From Candidatus Eiseniibacteriota bacterium (GTDB taxonomy: Bacteria > Eisenbacteria > RBG-16-71-46 > CAZAMP01), in assembly GCA_965224245.1 (NCBI GenBank), contig OZ245046.1:992001-1056000 (forward strand): 64,000 nucleotides of DNA. The letters run 5' to 3'. This document shows, one piece after another, positions 31,201 through 40,473 of this stretch (positions are counted from its first letter, which is position 1; every line of letters begins with the position of its first letter). The position numbers were made by a program, and so were the translations under genes. The notes under the pieces were generated by a model, which saw nothing but the letters and a program-made list of their open reading frames with translations, did not search any database and was not told where the DNA came from.

Positions 31201-31441
31201 GCTGACCGTCGAGTTCGCCACGACGCTCGGCGGCCCGGACGGAGCGACGACGGTCGCCATCTACGACATCCTGGGCCGACGCGTCCGAACCCTCGGCGAG
31301 GGGATCTTTCCACACCCGCAACATGTCGTGACCTGGGACGGAACACGCGAGAACGGGACCCCGGCGTCCAGCGGGGTCTACATCGTCGAGGCCCGCACAC
31401 CGATCGGCCGGGTCGCGAGGAAGTTCACTCTCATACGTTGA
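28298..31441 (+). CDS. Secreted double beta-propeller (SLALDxxGxPHISYYD repeats) with Ig-like spacers and FlgD-like CTD
   Basis: Two arrays of GxYxSxAxD..PHISYYD..LxYA repeats, each followed by a TxPxGGxxW..ITW domain; ends WDGTRENGTPASSGVY. Confidence 0.88.
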   Translation: MAVILRSIGVGLLLLVPTITLAVTPFVHETVDGPQDTGLFNSIAVEADGTIHISYHEDTYDDLKYAVRTADGWTIETVDADGVVGYETSIVLDAAGHPHISYYRSGDSVRYATKSAGSWTIEAIETGIACRGTSIGLDSAGDPHVVYVDATAGALDHATRTDGVWSIETIDDSGEVHDDTSLEITADGILHVSYQGGVDGDLMYGTKVGSIWTLEAVAIVNEVGSHSSLELDSGGHPHMVYYDETNGDLRYVHSSGGDWTFELVDALGDVGLYASLALDAADVPHVSYHDATRGDLRYAKREGGTWSVESVDTPGLTGGWTSIALDAEGNPLIAHHREFTSRALRLADSTIRLTSPVGGERWNTDSSATITWRGVGEVDIQLSLDGGASYVALATGVTGGEAVVHLPGMESDHALVKVVRETPHSSSVSGSFTIAKARIAPWWTSFAVTEGSAGRYSSLALSAGGQPHVSYYDASTFSLRYAIEDGADWLVEDADDSLGTGSHSSLALDVHGDAHVSYTDLLNTALKYATRVDGIWSTTFVDSAGDVGAYTSLALDDEDRPHISYHDATNGALRYATMDGVWVTETVDSDGTVGEYTSIAVDDQGYPHVSYYDAGNGHLKYATRDGAWSVETVDSLAVTGQHTSIALDDRNDPHISYYALTGGNLEYAVKRDGVWHIETVDASENVGDYTSIAIDSRGRPHISYYDEVGYDLLHAVKDGTVWRIDVVDSRGFAGPYSSLALDELDNPHVSYFDPTDGDLKYASGGLAVTGPAGGVTWPVGGPRAITWDGIGVVDISISVDGGGTYVPVASGASRGTYPLLVPHIPTRFGRVRVERREEANDHGTYVYLAAISESELFTIDASVALLSFRVDALEDDTGVVVAWRTEPGVPDLAGYRLERRRGGGYVTVVSHSTDTTHRDPEGTMESVYRLFAEGGFGDELYLGSTDDGATPPPRGGLSVHPVPLRSGTLTVEFATTLGGPDGATTVAIYDILGRRVRTLGEGIFPHPQHVVTWDGTRENGTPASSGVYIVEARTPIGRVARKFTLIR

Positions 31442-31493
31442 TGCAGCGACCGCTCCGCGTTCACGGGATGGAGCCGGACTGGCCGCAGCGCCC

Positions 31494-31940
31494 TCAGTAC
31501 GGCGTGCCCTCTTCCAGAAGCCGCTTCGTCATGAGGAACATGACGTGTCCCTTCGGGTAGTCCGGAATCGACGCGAGAACCTCGTAGCCGCGCTTCTCGT
31601 AGAAGGGCTTCGCCTGCCAGCTCGTCGTCTCGAGCAGCGCCCGCTCGTATCCATGCTCGATGGCGAACCTCTCCGCGCGCTCGAGGAGTGTCGAGCCGAT
31701 GGCGTGTCCGCGCAGAGCCTCCGACACCCACATGACTTCCAGGTGGAGCACGTTCCAGAAGCAGGCAGCGCGGAGTCCCCCGACGAGGCGTCCGTCGTCC
31801 TCGCGGGCGAGCACGAATAGCTGTTCACCGGAGTCAGGGTCCGCGAGATCACCGATCGTGCGCCGGTTGTGCGCCACCAGTGCCTCGCTGATCACGCGGG
31901 CGTCCTCGGCTGAAGGGGCGGTGGTGACGCTGATCTCCAC
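31494..31940 (-). CDS. GNAT family N-acetyltransferase
   Basis: MWVSEALRGHAIGSTLL and LETTSWQAKPFYEKRGY; AGGAG RBS before GTG 31940. Confidence 0.88.
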   Translation of the reverse strand: MEISVTTAPSAEDARVISEALVAHNRRTIGDLADPDSGEQLFVLAREDDGRLVGGLRAACFWNVLHLEVMWVSEALRGHAIGSTLLERAERFAIEHGYERALLETTSWQAKPFYEKRGYEVLASIPDYPKGHVMFLMTKRLLEEGTPY

Positions 31941-32249
31941 GATCACTCCTGTCTGACGGTCTGGCACATGGATGAACGATGAGGGAAGGCATCCCTCGTC
32001 GGGTGGATGGGTCCAGCTGAGGGCTGGCCTCAGAGTCCGTGAGCATCCCATGGATGGGAGCGGCTCGCCAGTCAGGGTCATCGTGCAGCCGGACACTCTG
32101 GACCTCGGCGTCGCGTTGTCTCCTCGTGAGTCCACGACCCTGGGTGTCCAGGCGCAGGAGGCTCCCGGGCACGGTTGACGTGACGCCGACGAAGGCTCGA
32201 TCCAGTGTTCGGACACCACGCCATCCGCGACGGGCCCGCTTCGTCGGAC

Positions 32250-32275
32250 GACCATGATGCGAACGCATCATGGTC
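32250..32275. repeat. Perfect 12-bp inverted repeat (GACCATGATGCG-AA-CGCATCATGGTC)
   Basis: Read directly in the divergent intergenic region; could be an operator or a hairpin. Confidence 0.6.
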
Positions 32276-32402
32276 GGGAACGTGCACCCTCTTTAATCCC
32301 CCAGGTCACGGGTTGGAACGGCGCTCGTCCGAGCCGTCGTTCGGTCGGGGATCGAGGGCAGTCACGATACCCCTCACTTCGGTGATCGAAGGAGGCGCCT
32401 GC

Positions 32403-32953
32403 ATGAATCCCGGCATCCGCCTCTTCGGAGTTTCCGTGGCGGCGATCCTTCTCGCCTCGCTCGCCAGCAGATAACCCCATCGGGGGATGTCTCGTACGAC
32501 ACCGCTGCACCCGGAACGGGGACGATCTCCTGGAACGGATGCATGACGATGAAGGCGAGTGGAAACGTCGGCGTCGGAACGTCGACACCCGGGTATCGGC
32601 TTCAGGTTGGCAACCCGGGGGACGGTACCGAGGCCCGTGCGAACGCATGGAACCTGCTCAGCTCACGCGAGTACAAGCGCAACGTCGCACGACTGGGGGA
32701 ATCCGACTACGCGGACGTGCTGGAGCAAGTCCGCCGGACGGACGTCGTGCACTACGAGTACACCGCCGACGAGGCTCGAACCCGACACCTCGGCATCATC
32801 GCGGAGGATGCGCCCGCCGACGTGGTGACGCCCGACGGCCAGGCGGTGAGCCTGGGCGACTACGCCGCGTTCCTTCTGGCCGCGATCAAGGCGCAGCAGG
32901 CCGAGATCGAGGTGCTCGGAGAGGAAGTCCGGGCGGCCAGGGAGGGACGTTAG
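32403..32953 (+). pseudogene. Internally deleted fibre-like protein with peptidase S74 (intramolecular chaperone) domain
   Basis: AAGGAGG RBS and signal peptide MNPGIRLFGVSVAAILLASLA stop at 32474. Another frame reads ..GNVGVGTSTPGYRLQV..WNLLSSREYKRNV..HLGIIAEDAP..AAIKAQQAEIE. Confidence 0.7.
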
Positions 32954-32980
32954 GTTCTCGTCGTTCGCAGGGAGGGGCTG

Positions 32981-33715
32981 CTACGCCGGGCCGCCCCGGC
33001 GACGGTGCCTCCGCGCTGCGAAGCCGGCCATGCAGAGAGCGAGCACGGCCAACGTCGCGGGCTCCGGAATGGCAGTCCGGGCCTCGCCGTGAAGCGTGAA
33101 CGCCAGGTTGTATGGATCCTCCGCATGCCACTGGGTATCGCCCCAGTAGGCCGCGGATCGCTGATAGAGGGGAGGAGTCGTGCTGAGTCCATCTCCCGTG
33201 GCCCAGAACCAGTCGGAAGCGACGGTCGTCGTGTTGTTGGCGATTGACAGGTTGTAGCTCGTCCCGCCGAGAAGCGTCGGTGTATCGGCGAATGATGTCG
33301 TGTATCTAAAGACGTCGATTCCGAAGATCGTGCCGGCGAAGCTACGAGTGACCGAGTTGCCGACGTTGTACGATGAGACGAGTGCTCCAGGACCACTACC
33401 TCCCGAGAAGAAGCTGATCGTGAAGTCGTCCTGGGCCGGGATGTCGAGAGAGTTGAAGTCATATCCGCCGTACCAGATGACGGTATTGACGGTGGCGTCG
33501 AAGCTCAGGAGGAAACCGTCGGCGGTTTCGAAGGAACCGCCAACGGTGTCGTCATCGAGATCGCTCAGGAAGCCGCTTCCCCAGTTCATCGCCTGTTGAA
33601 ACAGAAACAGTGCTTGCGCCTGCCCCACGATGCTCACGAGAAGTACCGACGAGAGAAGGACGATGCGTCGTGCCGAGAGCGTGCGGAACATCGGGGACCC
33701 TCCATCCTGCGACAT
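32981..33715 (-). CDS. PEP-CTERM sorting-domain protein
   Basis: Signal peptide and C-terminal IPEPATLAVLALCMAGFAARRHRRR. The start may be the second Met (MFRTL). Confidence 0.92.
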   Translation of the reverse strand: MSQDGGSPMFRTLSARRIVLLSSVLLVSIVGQAQALFLFQQAMNWGSGFLSDLDDDTVGGSFETADGFLLSFDATVNTVIWYGGYDFNSLDIPAQDDFTISFFSGGSGPGALVSSYNVGNSVTRSFAGTIFGIDVFRYTTSFADTPTLLGGTSYNLSIANNTTTVASDWFWATGDGLSTTPPLYQRSAAYWGDTQWHAEDPYNLAFTLHGEARTAIPEPATLAVLALCMAGFAARRHRRRGGPA

Positions 33716-33755
33716 GGATCTCGACTCAGGCGGACTCCACGTTACACAGGGTCAC

Positions 33756-33770
33756 GCAAGCGACGTGCCA
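33756..33770 (-). promoter_or_regulatory. Sigma54 -24/-12 promoter of the PEP-CTERM gene
   Basis: Minus strand reads TGGCAC-GTCGC-TTGC, the exact consensus spacing. An AT-rich tract (33775-33810) lies just upstream. Confidence 0.8.
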
Positions 33771-34103
33771 ATCTGCTTTAACTGTCACTATTACAACGAC
33801 TTATATGATCGATGGGGTTGCCTGCAGCTCCGCAACCCGCCCGAGCCGTCCGTGGAGGTGTCAGGGCAAGCGATCCCGTACTGAATGCCAATCGTGCATT
33901 CGCGAGCTAAACACCATAGTTACTCGGACTTGTGCTGACCCAAAAAACAGTCGGGTCGGCCTTACACCGAGCTGCCCCACCTTGCTCGAGTCGGCTCCGT
34001 GTCCGTGTCATCCACCGCGATCGATGAGGCTGAGAGGCAGTACGACAGCGAGCGTCGCCGGCACGTCACCTACGGTTCTCGTGTCTGGGCGACGCGAGGC
34101 GGG

Positions 34104-36578
34104 TCAGTCGCACTGGAGTTGCATCCTCGTGAGCAGAGCCTCGAAGCGAGGATGCGATCGGAGCGGATCCAGTCGCGGATGGACCTTGATGAGGGCCAGT
34201 GTCTGATCGTGCGCATCGAATGCACGCTCCAGCCAGTCGAGGGCCGTCTCCACGTCCCCGAGGCACGCGTGAACCGAGGCGATCCCGTACGGCGAGACGT
34301 AGCGGGTCCTGGCCAGGGCCTTGATCTGGTCGAGGATGGCGAGCGCATCCTCCCGGCGGCCCATCCGCGCATAGACGTGAGCCAGTCCGGACGAGGGTTC
34401 CGGCGGTCCCTCGGGCGCGAGCGCCTCCGCCTTGCGGAACTCGTCGATCGCCTCCTCGTAGCGGCCCGCCAGCTCCAGTGCGCGCGCGAGATCCGTGTGA
34501 CCGGCGAGCAACGTCGGATCCATCTCGATCGACTTGCGGTAGTAGACCATCGCGTCCTCGTACCGGCGCGCGTAGAAGAACATGTCCCCCACCGAGGTGT
34601 GAAGAAGCGGTGAGAGTGGATCGAGACGAAGCGCCTGCTTGACGCAGGTGATGGCCTCCTCGTGGCGTCCCAGTCCGGAGAGAAGACCCGCGTAGAACCG
34701 GTAGGCGGTGGCGTACCCGGGGTTCAGCTCGATCGCTCGCGTGAACGACCGCTCCGCGGCGTCCCAGTCCCAGTCCCACATGCGCTGGATGAATCCCAGG
34801 GAGGTGTGAAGCTCCGCCCAGCCGTCGTCGATCGCGAGTCCCTGCAGGGCGGCCGTCTTCGCCGTCGGGTACGCCTCACCGGAGGGGAGCGCCTTGATGT
34901 TGCCGAGCACGCTGTAGCTGTCGGCGATACCGGCGAAGGCCAGCGCGAACAGGGGGTCGAGTGACCGGGCCTGGTCGAAGAACCCGATCGCGATGCGCAT
35001 GCCTTCGGGAGTCTTCCAGCGCGCCCACGCGTGTCGACCCTTGAGATAGGCCTCGTACGCCTGGGCGTTCTCGGTCTGGCGCCGCGCGAGCGTCTGCATC
35101 TCCTCGTGGCTGAGCTCGAAGCGAAGGTGCTCGGCGATCTCCCGGGCGAGCACGTCCTCGATCTCGAGAATCTCGGCCACGGTCCGGTCGAAACGCCGTC
35201 CCCACAGGACGCCCCCGTGCGCGGAGTCGACGAGCTCCGCCCGTATGACGAGCTTGTCCCCGCGCTGTCGCAGCCTCCCGGTGAGGATGGCGCGTACGCC
35301 GAGCTCGCGTCCCACGACCAGCGGATCGTCGCCGTGCTCGCGGAAGCGGACCACCGTGCTGCGAGCCATCACGCGCAGCCGCGGCAGACGCGAGAGATTG
35401 TCGATCAGCGCATCGGTGATGCCGTCGATCAGGTACTCGGAGTCGTCGGTTGCGCCGTCGTTCTGGAACGGGAGCACCGCGATCGAGTCGATCGTATCCG
35501 CGTGCTCGGCCTCCGTGGTCGAGATCCCACCGCGGGAGCTCGCGTCCGCACCGCGCTCCATCGACCGTCGCACCGCGGTGAGCTCGCGGAGCAGATCATC
35601 CGCACCCGCGTGACGCCGACCGGGGTCCTTCTGAAGACATCGATCGATGACGCGCGCCAGGTCGACCGGGAGCGAGGGGTCGTGGTCGGTCACGAGCCGG
35701 GGCGAGCGATTGAGAAGCGCTTCGAAGTAGGTAGCCGGCGTGCTTCCCTCGATGGGCACCTGGCCGGTCGCCATCTCGTACAGCACGACCCCGAGCGAGT
35801 ACAGATCGGTGCGTGCGTCGAGATTCTGGCCCCGGGCCTGCTCCGGAGACATGTAGAGGGGGGTCCCGGCCACGAGTCCGGACTGGGTGATCTGGTCATC
35901 GGAGGTCTCCGGGGCGACGAGCTTGGCCAGCCCGAAGTCCAGGATCTTGGCGAGCCCCCCGTGCGTGATGAACAGGTTGGCCGGCTTCAGGTCGCGATGC
36001 ACGATTCCGGCCCGATGTGCCGCATCGAGTCCCGACAGGATCTGCTCGGCGAGATCCAGCAGTCGCGAGACGTCGAGCCGGCCCGCATCGAGTCGCGACC
36101 GGAGCGTCTCTCCCTCCAGGAGCTCCAGCACCAGGTACGGCCCCCCCTCGACCTCGCCGATGTCATGGACCGTGCAGATGTTCGGATGATTGAGCGCGGA
36201 GGCGGCCCGGGCCTCGCGGAGGAAACGCTCGACGGGCGCGGGATCGGTGTGCGCCATCGGAGCGAGCATCTTGATCGCGACGGACCGTCCGAGCCGGGGA
36301 TCCCGGGCCCGATACACGACGCCCATGCCGCCTTCCCCGATGACGTCCACGATCTCGTACCGGTTCAGGCGGTCGCCGGCGCGAAGGACCCGGGAGGCGG
36401 CCGGGGTCTCCAGAAACCCCGACTCGGCGGAGTCGAAGGACCGGAGAAGGCCCTCCACATCGCTCCGCAGCTCGGGGTCGTCACCGCAGGCGTCGTCGAG
36501 CAGCCGCTGCCGGCGCGCTGGCGGGAGCGTACACACCTGCTGGAAGAGCGCCTCGGCTCGTTTCGCGCGACTGGTCAT
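34104..36578 (-). CDS. Ser/Thr protein kinase with TolB-like (SIAVLPF) domain and TPR repeats
   Basis: GEGGMGVVY, HRDLKPAN, DFGLAK, GTPLYMSPEQ, SIAVLPFQN, TPRs, ending DPLRSHPRF. Confidence 0.93.
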   Translation of the reverse strand: MTSRAKRAEALFQQVCTLPPARRQRLLDDACGDDPELRSDVEGLLRSFDSAESGFLETPAASRVLRAGDRLNRYEIVDVIGEGGMGVVYRARDPRLGRSVAIKMLAPMAHTDPAPVERFLREARAASALNHPNICTVHDIGEVEGGPYLVLELLEGETLRSRLDAGRLDVSRLLDLAEQILSGLDAAHRAGIVHRDLKPANLFITHGGLAKILDFGLAKLVAPETSDDQITQSGLVAGTPLYMSPEQARGQNLDARTDLYSLGVVLYEMATGQVPIEGSTPATYFEALLNRSPRLVTDHDPSLPVDLARVIDRCLQKDPGRRHAGADDLLRELTAVRRSMERGADASSRGGISTTEAEHADTIDSIAVLPFQNDGATDDSEYLIDGITDALIDNLSRLPRLRVMARSTVVRFREHGDDPLVVGRELGVRAILTGRLRQRGDKLVIRAELVDSAHGGVLWGRRFDRTVAEILEIEDVLAREIAEHLRFELSHEEMQTLARRQTENAQAYEAYLKGRHAWARWKTPEGMRIAIGFFDQARSLDPLFALAFAGIADSYSVLGNIKALPSGEAYPTAKTAALQGLAIDDGWAELHTSLGFIQRMWDWDWDAAERSFTRAIELNPGYATAYRFYAGLLSGLGRHEEAITCVKQALRLDPLSPLLHTSVGDMFFYARRYEDAMVYYRKSIEMDPTLLAGHTDLARALELAGRYEEAIDEFRKAEALAPEGPPEPSSGLAHVYARMGRREDALAILDQIKALARTRYVSPYGIASVHACLGDVETALDWLERAFDAHDQTLALIKVHPRLDPLRSHPRFEALLTRMQLQCD

Positions 36579-36905
36579 CGTGTCGACGTGGGCTGCGACG
36601 ACATGGAGATCTCCCGGGCCGGTTCGATGTCGAGCGAGTCGATGTTACTCGATCCGGGACCGCGGGTGCACCCCGCCGTATTGGGGAGTCGGCGCGCGCA
36701 GCGAGCGAAACCCGGGCGCGTGCCTCGTCGTACCCGATCGAGTATGCTCTCCGGGCGCCGCCCGAACGCGGCGTCCGGATGTCGATCCGGCTTCCGATGA
36801 AGCCCGGGTTCGTCACGCGACGTCGGTCGATCCGACCGACACCAGAAAGGAGGCTCGTGATGTGCGAAAAGAAACGTCATTCCGCCCAGAAACCAGGAGC
36901 CTCCA

Positions 36906-37676
36906 ATGGTCGACCGCCCTCTGTCCGTACCGTGCCTCGAGCAGTTCTATCAGGACGGCCTGATCACCCGTGACGTCCGCACCCTTCGCAGCGGCAAGGA
37001 AGCAACGGTGTACCGCTGCGTGGCCGACGTTCCGGTCGACCTGATCCCGACCGCGCCGTCCGTGCCCCTGAGCTCCGTTCCCGGCCATCTCGCCGCCAAG
37101 GTGTATCGCGAACGCGCGAGCCGCGGGTTCAGGTCCGAAGCGACCTATCTGACCGGACGGCTGCGACCGGGGAAGCGATCCACCCGTGCCATCGTGCAGC
37201 GATCCAGACTCGGGAAGCGGATGCTGGAGGGACTGTGGGTGTCCGGCGAGTTCGAGACCCTTCAGCGTCTCCACGAGGCCGGCGCCGACGTTCCGACACC
37301 CGCGGCCCGTACGTCGCGGGCGATCCTGATGTCCTTCGTGGGGACCGACGGCGAGCCGGCGCCGGCATTGAGGGAGGCGCGGCTCGATCCGACCCGCGTG
37401 CGCCGTGTGCTCGATCGGATCCTCGACAACGTGGACCTGTTCCTCGGGGAGGGAATCGTGCACGGAGATCTGTCCCCGTACAACATCCTCATGGTCGGCG
37501 AGGATCCGGTGATCATCGACTTTCCCCAGGCCGTGCGCGCGGCGTCGAATCCGTCGGCGTTCGAGCTGCTGGTGCGTGACGTCGCCGGCGTCTGCGACTT
37601 CGCGGCCCGCTTCGGGGTACACGTCGATGCCTGGGCCGTGGCCGGGTCGATGTGGCGCCGACACCGTCACGCATGA
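36906..37676 (+). CDS. RIO1 family atypical kinase
   Basis: LRSGKEATVY, AAKVYR, VHGDLSPYNIL, IIDFPQAV. Confidence 0.9.
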   Translation: MVDRPLSVPCLEQFYQDGLITRDVRTLRSGKEATVYRCVADVPVDLIPTAPSVPLSSVPGHLAAKVYRERASRGFRSEATYLTGRLRPGKRSTRAIVQRSRLGKRMLEGLWVSGEFETLQRLHEAGADVPTPAARTSRAILMSFVGTDGEPAPALREARLDPTRVRRVLDRILDNVDLFLGEGIVHGDLSPYNILMVGEDPVIIDFPQAVRAASNPSAFELLVRDVAGVCDFAARFGVHVDAWAVAGSMWRRHRHA

Positions 37677-37719
37677 CGGCGACGCGCCCGCCGAGCACGG
37701 CTCGTGAGCGAGGGGCGTT

Positions 37720-37749
37720 TTCCAAAAAACGACGGGTCGACAGTATAAT
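37720..37749 (+). promoter_or_regulatory. Putative sigma70 promoter (TTCCAA-N18-TATAAT)
   Basis: Perfect -10 TATAAT at 37744-37749 upstream of 37937; weak -35. Confidence 0.45.
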
Positions 37750-37936
37750 CGCGTTGGGGGGAAGGATCGGCACCCGGCAAGACCCCGCCGGACGTGCCGA
37801 TGGTGGTCACGAGGTCGAGGATTCCGAAGCACTCCGGGCCGCACTCTCGTACATGCGAGCAACCGCCTCGATCGGGCCGCCGACGTGGGAGGGCCCGAAG
37901 GCAGCTCGGGGCCGGAACACACGGAGGTCGACCACC

Positions 37937-39598
37937 ATGTCCGGATCGACGCACACGCACCCCCTCACCGGGCTCGTCACACGGATTGCGTTCAGCATGT
38001 CCGCGGCGACGATCACCCTCGTCCCGATGATCGCCCACGGCGCCACACCGTGGTCACGGACCTACGGAGGCGCCGGCACCTACGAGCAGCCGCTGGACGT
38101 GCGAGAGCAACCCGACGGCACCCTCATCGTCGCGGGCGTGTCCGACTCGTTCGGCACCATGAGCGGCGACGTGTGGTGGCTCCACCTCGGCGCCGACGGT
38201 GGCGTGATCTCCGAGCGGGTTCACGGCAATGCGCTCGCCGGGGGAGCCGCCGACGCGACCCTGGACCCGGACGGCGGAATGGCCGTGGTGGGCGCGCACA
38301 CGCTCGACATCTTCAGCGACCGCGATGCCTGGGCTCATCACGTCGATGCCGCCGGGAACGTGGACTGGGCGGTGAGCTTCGATGCCGACCCCGGCATGCA
38401 CGCCTTCTACGGGGTCGCGCCCACCTCGGACGGTGGCTACGTCGCGGTCGGGTCGACGGCGTTCGACAACGGCATCCCCATTCATGCCTGGATGGTCCGC
38501 TTCGACGGCGCTGGCTCGGTGCTGTGGCAGCGTCAGTACCACGCCGGCGTGGCCGAGCACGCGAACTTCGTGGTCGAGACCGAGGACGGGGGCTTCGCGG
38601 TCGCCGGGTGGACGACCTCCACGGGCGCGGGAATGACGGACGTGTGGCTGATGAAGACGGACTCCGCCGGCGCCATCGAGTGGCAGAAGACCTACGGCGG
38701 CGCCGATCAGGAGGAGGCCACGGGGCTCATCCAGACCTCTGACGGCGGCTACGCGCTTTCCGCCTTCACCGGCTCCTTCTCGGCGGCGGGGCACGGCGGC
38801 TGGGTCCTTCGCCTGGATCCGGCCGGTGAGGTGATGTGGACCGCGGCGATGGGGGACGTCTGGGGCGACGTCCGTGACGTCGTGCAGACTCAGGACGACG
38901 ACCTCGTCGTGACGGGACGCCTCACGGGGCCGGCGACGAACGATCTGTGGCTGGTCAAGCTGCGCGACGTCGACGGCACCGTGGTGTGGCAGCGCTCCTA
39001 CGAGGGAGCCGAGGGGGACTGGGGCAGCCGCTCGGTCGAGCTCGCCGACGGGGACCTTCTCGTGGGCGGGATATGGGGCTACGGCTTCCCCGAGGAGGAC
39101 ATGTGGCTCCAGCGCACCGACGCCACCGGCCTGGTGGACGGGTGCGCGCTCATCGCCGACACCGACCTGACGCCGTCGAACCCGCGAGCCGTGGTCGCGG
39201 ACGCGGAAGCCGTCCCGGGCACGCCGCGACCGGTGCCCGAGCCGATCGCATTTGTGTCGAGCGTGTCGACCGCCGTGGTCGATACGAAGTGCGGCGCGAC
39301 CATCGGCGTGGAGGATCCGGATCCCTCGATCGTGGTGAGCAGCCCGCTGCGCCTCGTGTCCAGTCCGGGCGCCGGACCCTCGACGATCGTCTTCGAGCTG
39401 TCCGGCATCGGACCGGCGCGCGTCGACGTTCACGACGTGTCGGGACGACTCGTGGACACGGTCTACGAGGGGCCGCGGGCCGGCGGTCGCCACGAGATCC
39501 GATGGCCGTCGTCGGACTCGACGCCCGGTGGCGTCTACTACGTCACCCTGCACGCCGACGGACAGAGGTGGACGGAGCGGCTCGTGCTCACGCGGTGA
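37937..39598 (+). CDS. Secreted beta-propeller (WxKTYGG..TxDGG repeats) with T9SS-like CTD
   Basis: GGAGG RBS, repeats DVWLMKTDSAGAIEWQKTYGG, CTD VHDVSGRLVDTV..PGGVYYV. Confidence 0.87.
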   Translation: MSGSTHTHPLTGLVTRIAFSMSAATITLVPMIAHGATPWSRTYGGAGTYEQPLDVREQPDGTLIVAGVSDSFGTMSGDVWWLHLGADGGVISERVHGNALAGGAADATLDPDGGMAVVGAHTLDIFSDRDAWAHHVDAAGNVDWAVSFDADPGMHAFYGVAPTSDGGYVAVGSTAFDNGIPIHAWMVRFDGAGSVLWQRQYHAGVAEHANFVVETEDGGFAVAGWTTSTGAGMTDVWLMKTDSAGAIEWQKTYGGADQEEATGLIQTSDGGYALSAFTGSFSAAGHGGWVLRLDPAGEVMWTAAMGDVWGDVRDVVQTQDDDLVVTGRLTGPATNDLWLVKLRDVDGTVVWQRSYEGAEGDWGSRSVELADGDLLVGGIWGYGFPEEDMWLQRTDATGLVDGCALIADTDLTPSNPRAVVADAEAVPGTPRPVPEPIAFVSSVSTAVVDTKCGATIGVEDPDPSIVVSSPLRLVSSPGAGPSTIVFELSGIGPARVDVHDVSGRLVDTVYEGPRAGGRHEIRWPSSDSTPGGVYYVTLHADGQRWTERLVLTR

Positions 39599-39610
39599 TG
39601 GGTCGATGGG

Positions 39611-40111
39611 CTACAGCGACACGATCCGGCCCCCGATGATCTCGTCCTCGTCGCCGGGGTAGTTCTCGTAGCAGATCTCCTCGATGCCCTTGGAGTACTT
39701 CGAGCGGTAGAGCCCGAAGTTCATGTCGAACAGCTCCTTCTCGAGGTGGCTGTAGCGATGGCCCATGGTGTGGTAGCTGTTCCAGAAGATGGGGGACGCC
39801 GGTCTGTGACGCCTTGACCATCCTCATGACGTCCGACATCGATCCGGCCGGCCGGTCGTCCCCACGACCTCCAGTCCGGCGCGCTCCGTCTGCTTGGCCG
39901 GGTTGTTGTCGAGGTTTCGAAGCGTGGCCATGATGATGTTCAGGTTGTGGCGGGTCTTTCCGATCTCGTCGAAGCTGTCGACGCCTCGGCCTAGCTCGAG
40001 GACCTTGCGGCACCAGAAGAGCGAGACCGCCGTGCAGATGCCCTGCGAGCCCTGGGGGTCGTTCTTCTGGTAGAAAGCGTTCTCCAGCGGGAAGACCTGG
40101 GTGGCGGCCAC
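39611..40111 (-). pseudogene. YopT/AvrPphB (peptidase C58)-like cysteine protease, interrupted
   Basis: GICTAVSLFW, SYHTMG and LFDMNFG lie in one frame with an in-frame TGA at 39824-39826. A -1/+1 pair in the GGGG and CCCCC runs would restore GDDRPAGSMSDVMRMVKASQTGV. Confidence 0.65.
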
Positions 40112-40473
40112 GTCTCCGTGCCAGAACTTCAGTCCGAACGCCGTCGACGTCCTCCATTCAAACCGGTCGGTTGTGAGATCATTGGGATCGCTGGACCACG
40201 GGCCCCTGCCGACGTCGAAGTACCTTCTCCGGGTTGGCGCCAGGAGTCCGTTGGTGCGCCCGCTTCCTCCGGGCGTGGTCGGGGATTGTAGCGTGTTGGC
40301 AAATCGGCGTCACCGAGAGGTGCCTGGACGATACGATCCCGCGCCGGGGTTGATCCGGTCCACACGAACAGAGTCGGCAGCGCGTGATAGGAGAGGCCGC
40401 CCGATCTCGGACTGAGATCGACGGCGTGCCGCGGGGAACCGAATCCTGCGTGCCGCAACGCACGGGAGTCCGA

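Noticed and set aside
32543-32953. Prophage tail gene
   Set aside because: No other phage genes nearby, and it is preceded by a signal-peptide remnant.
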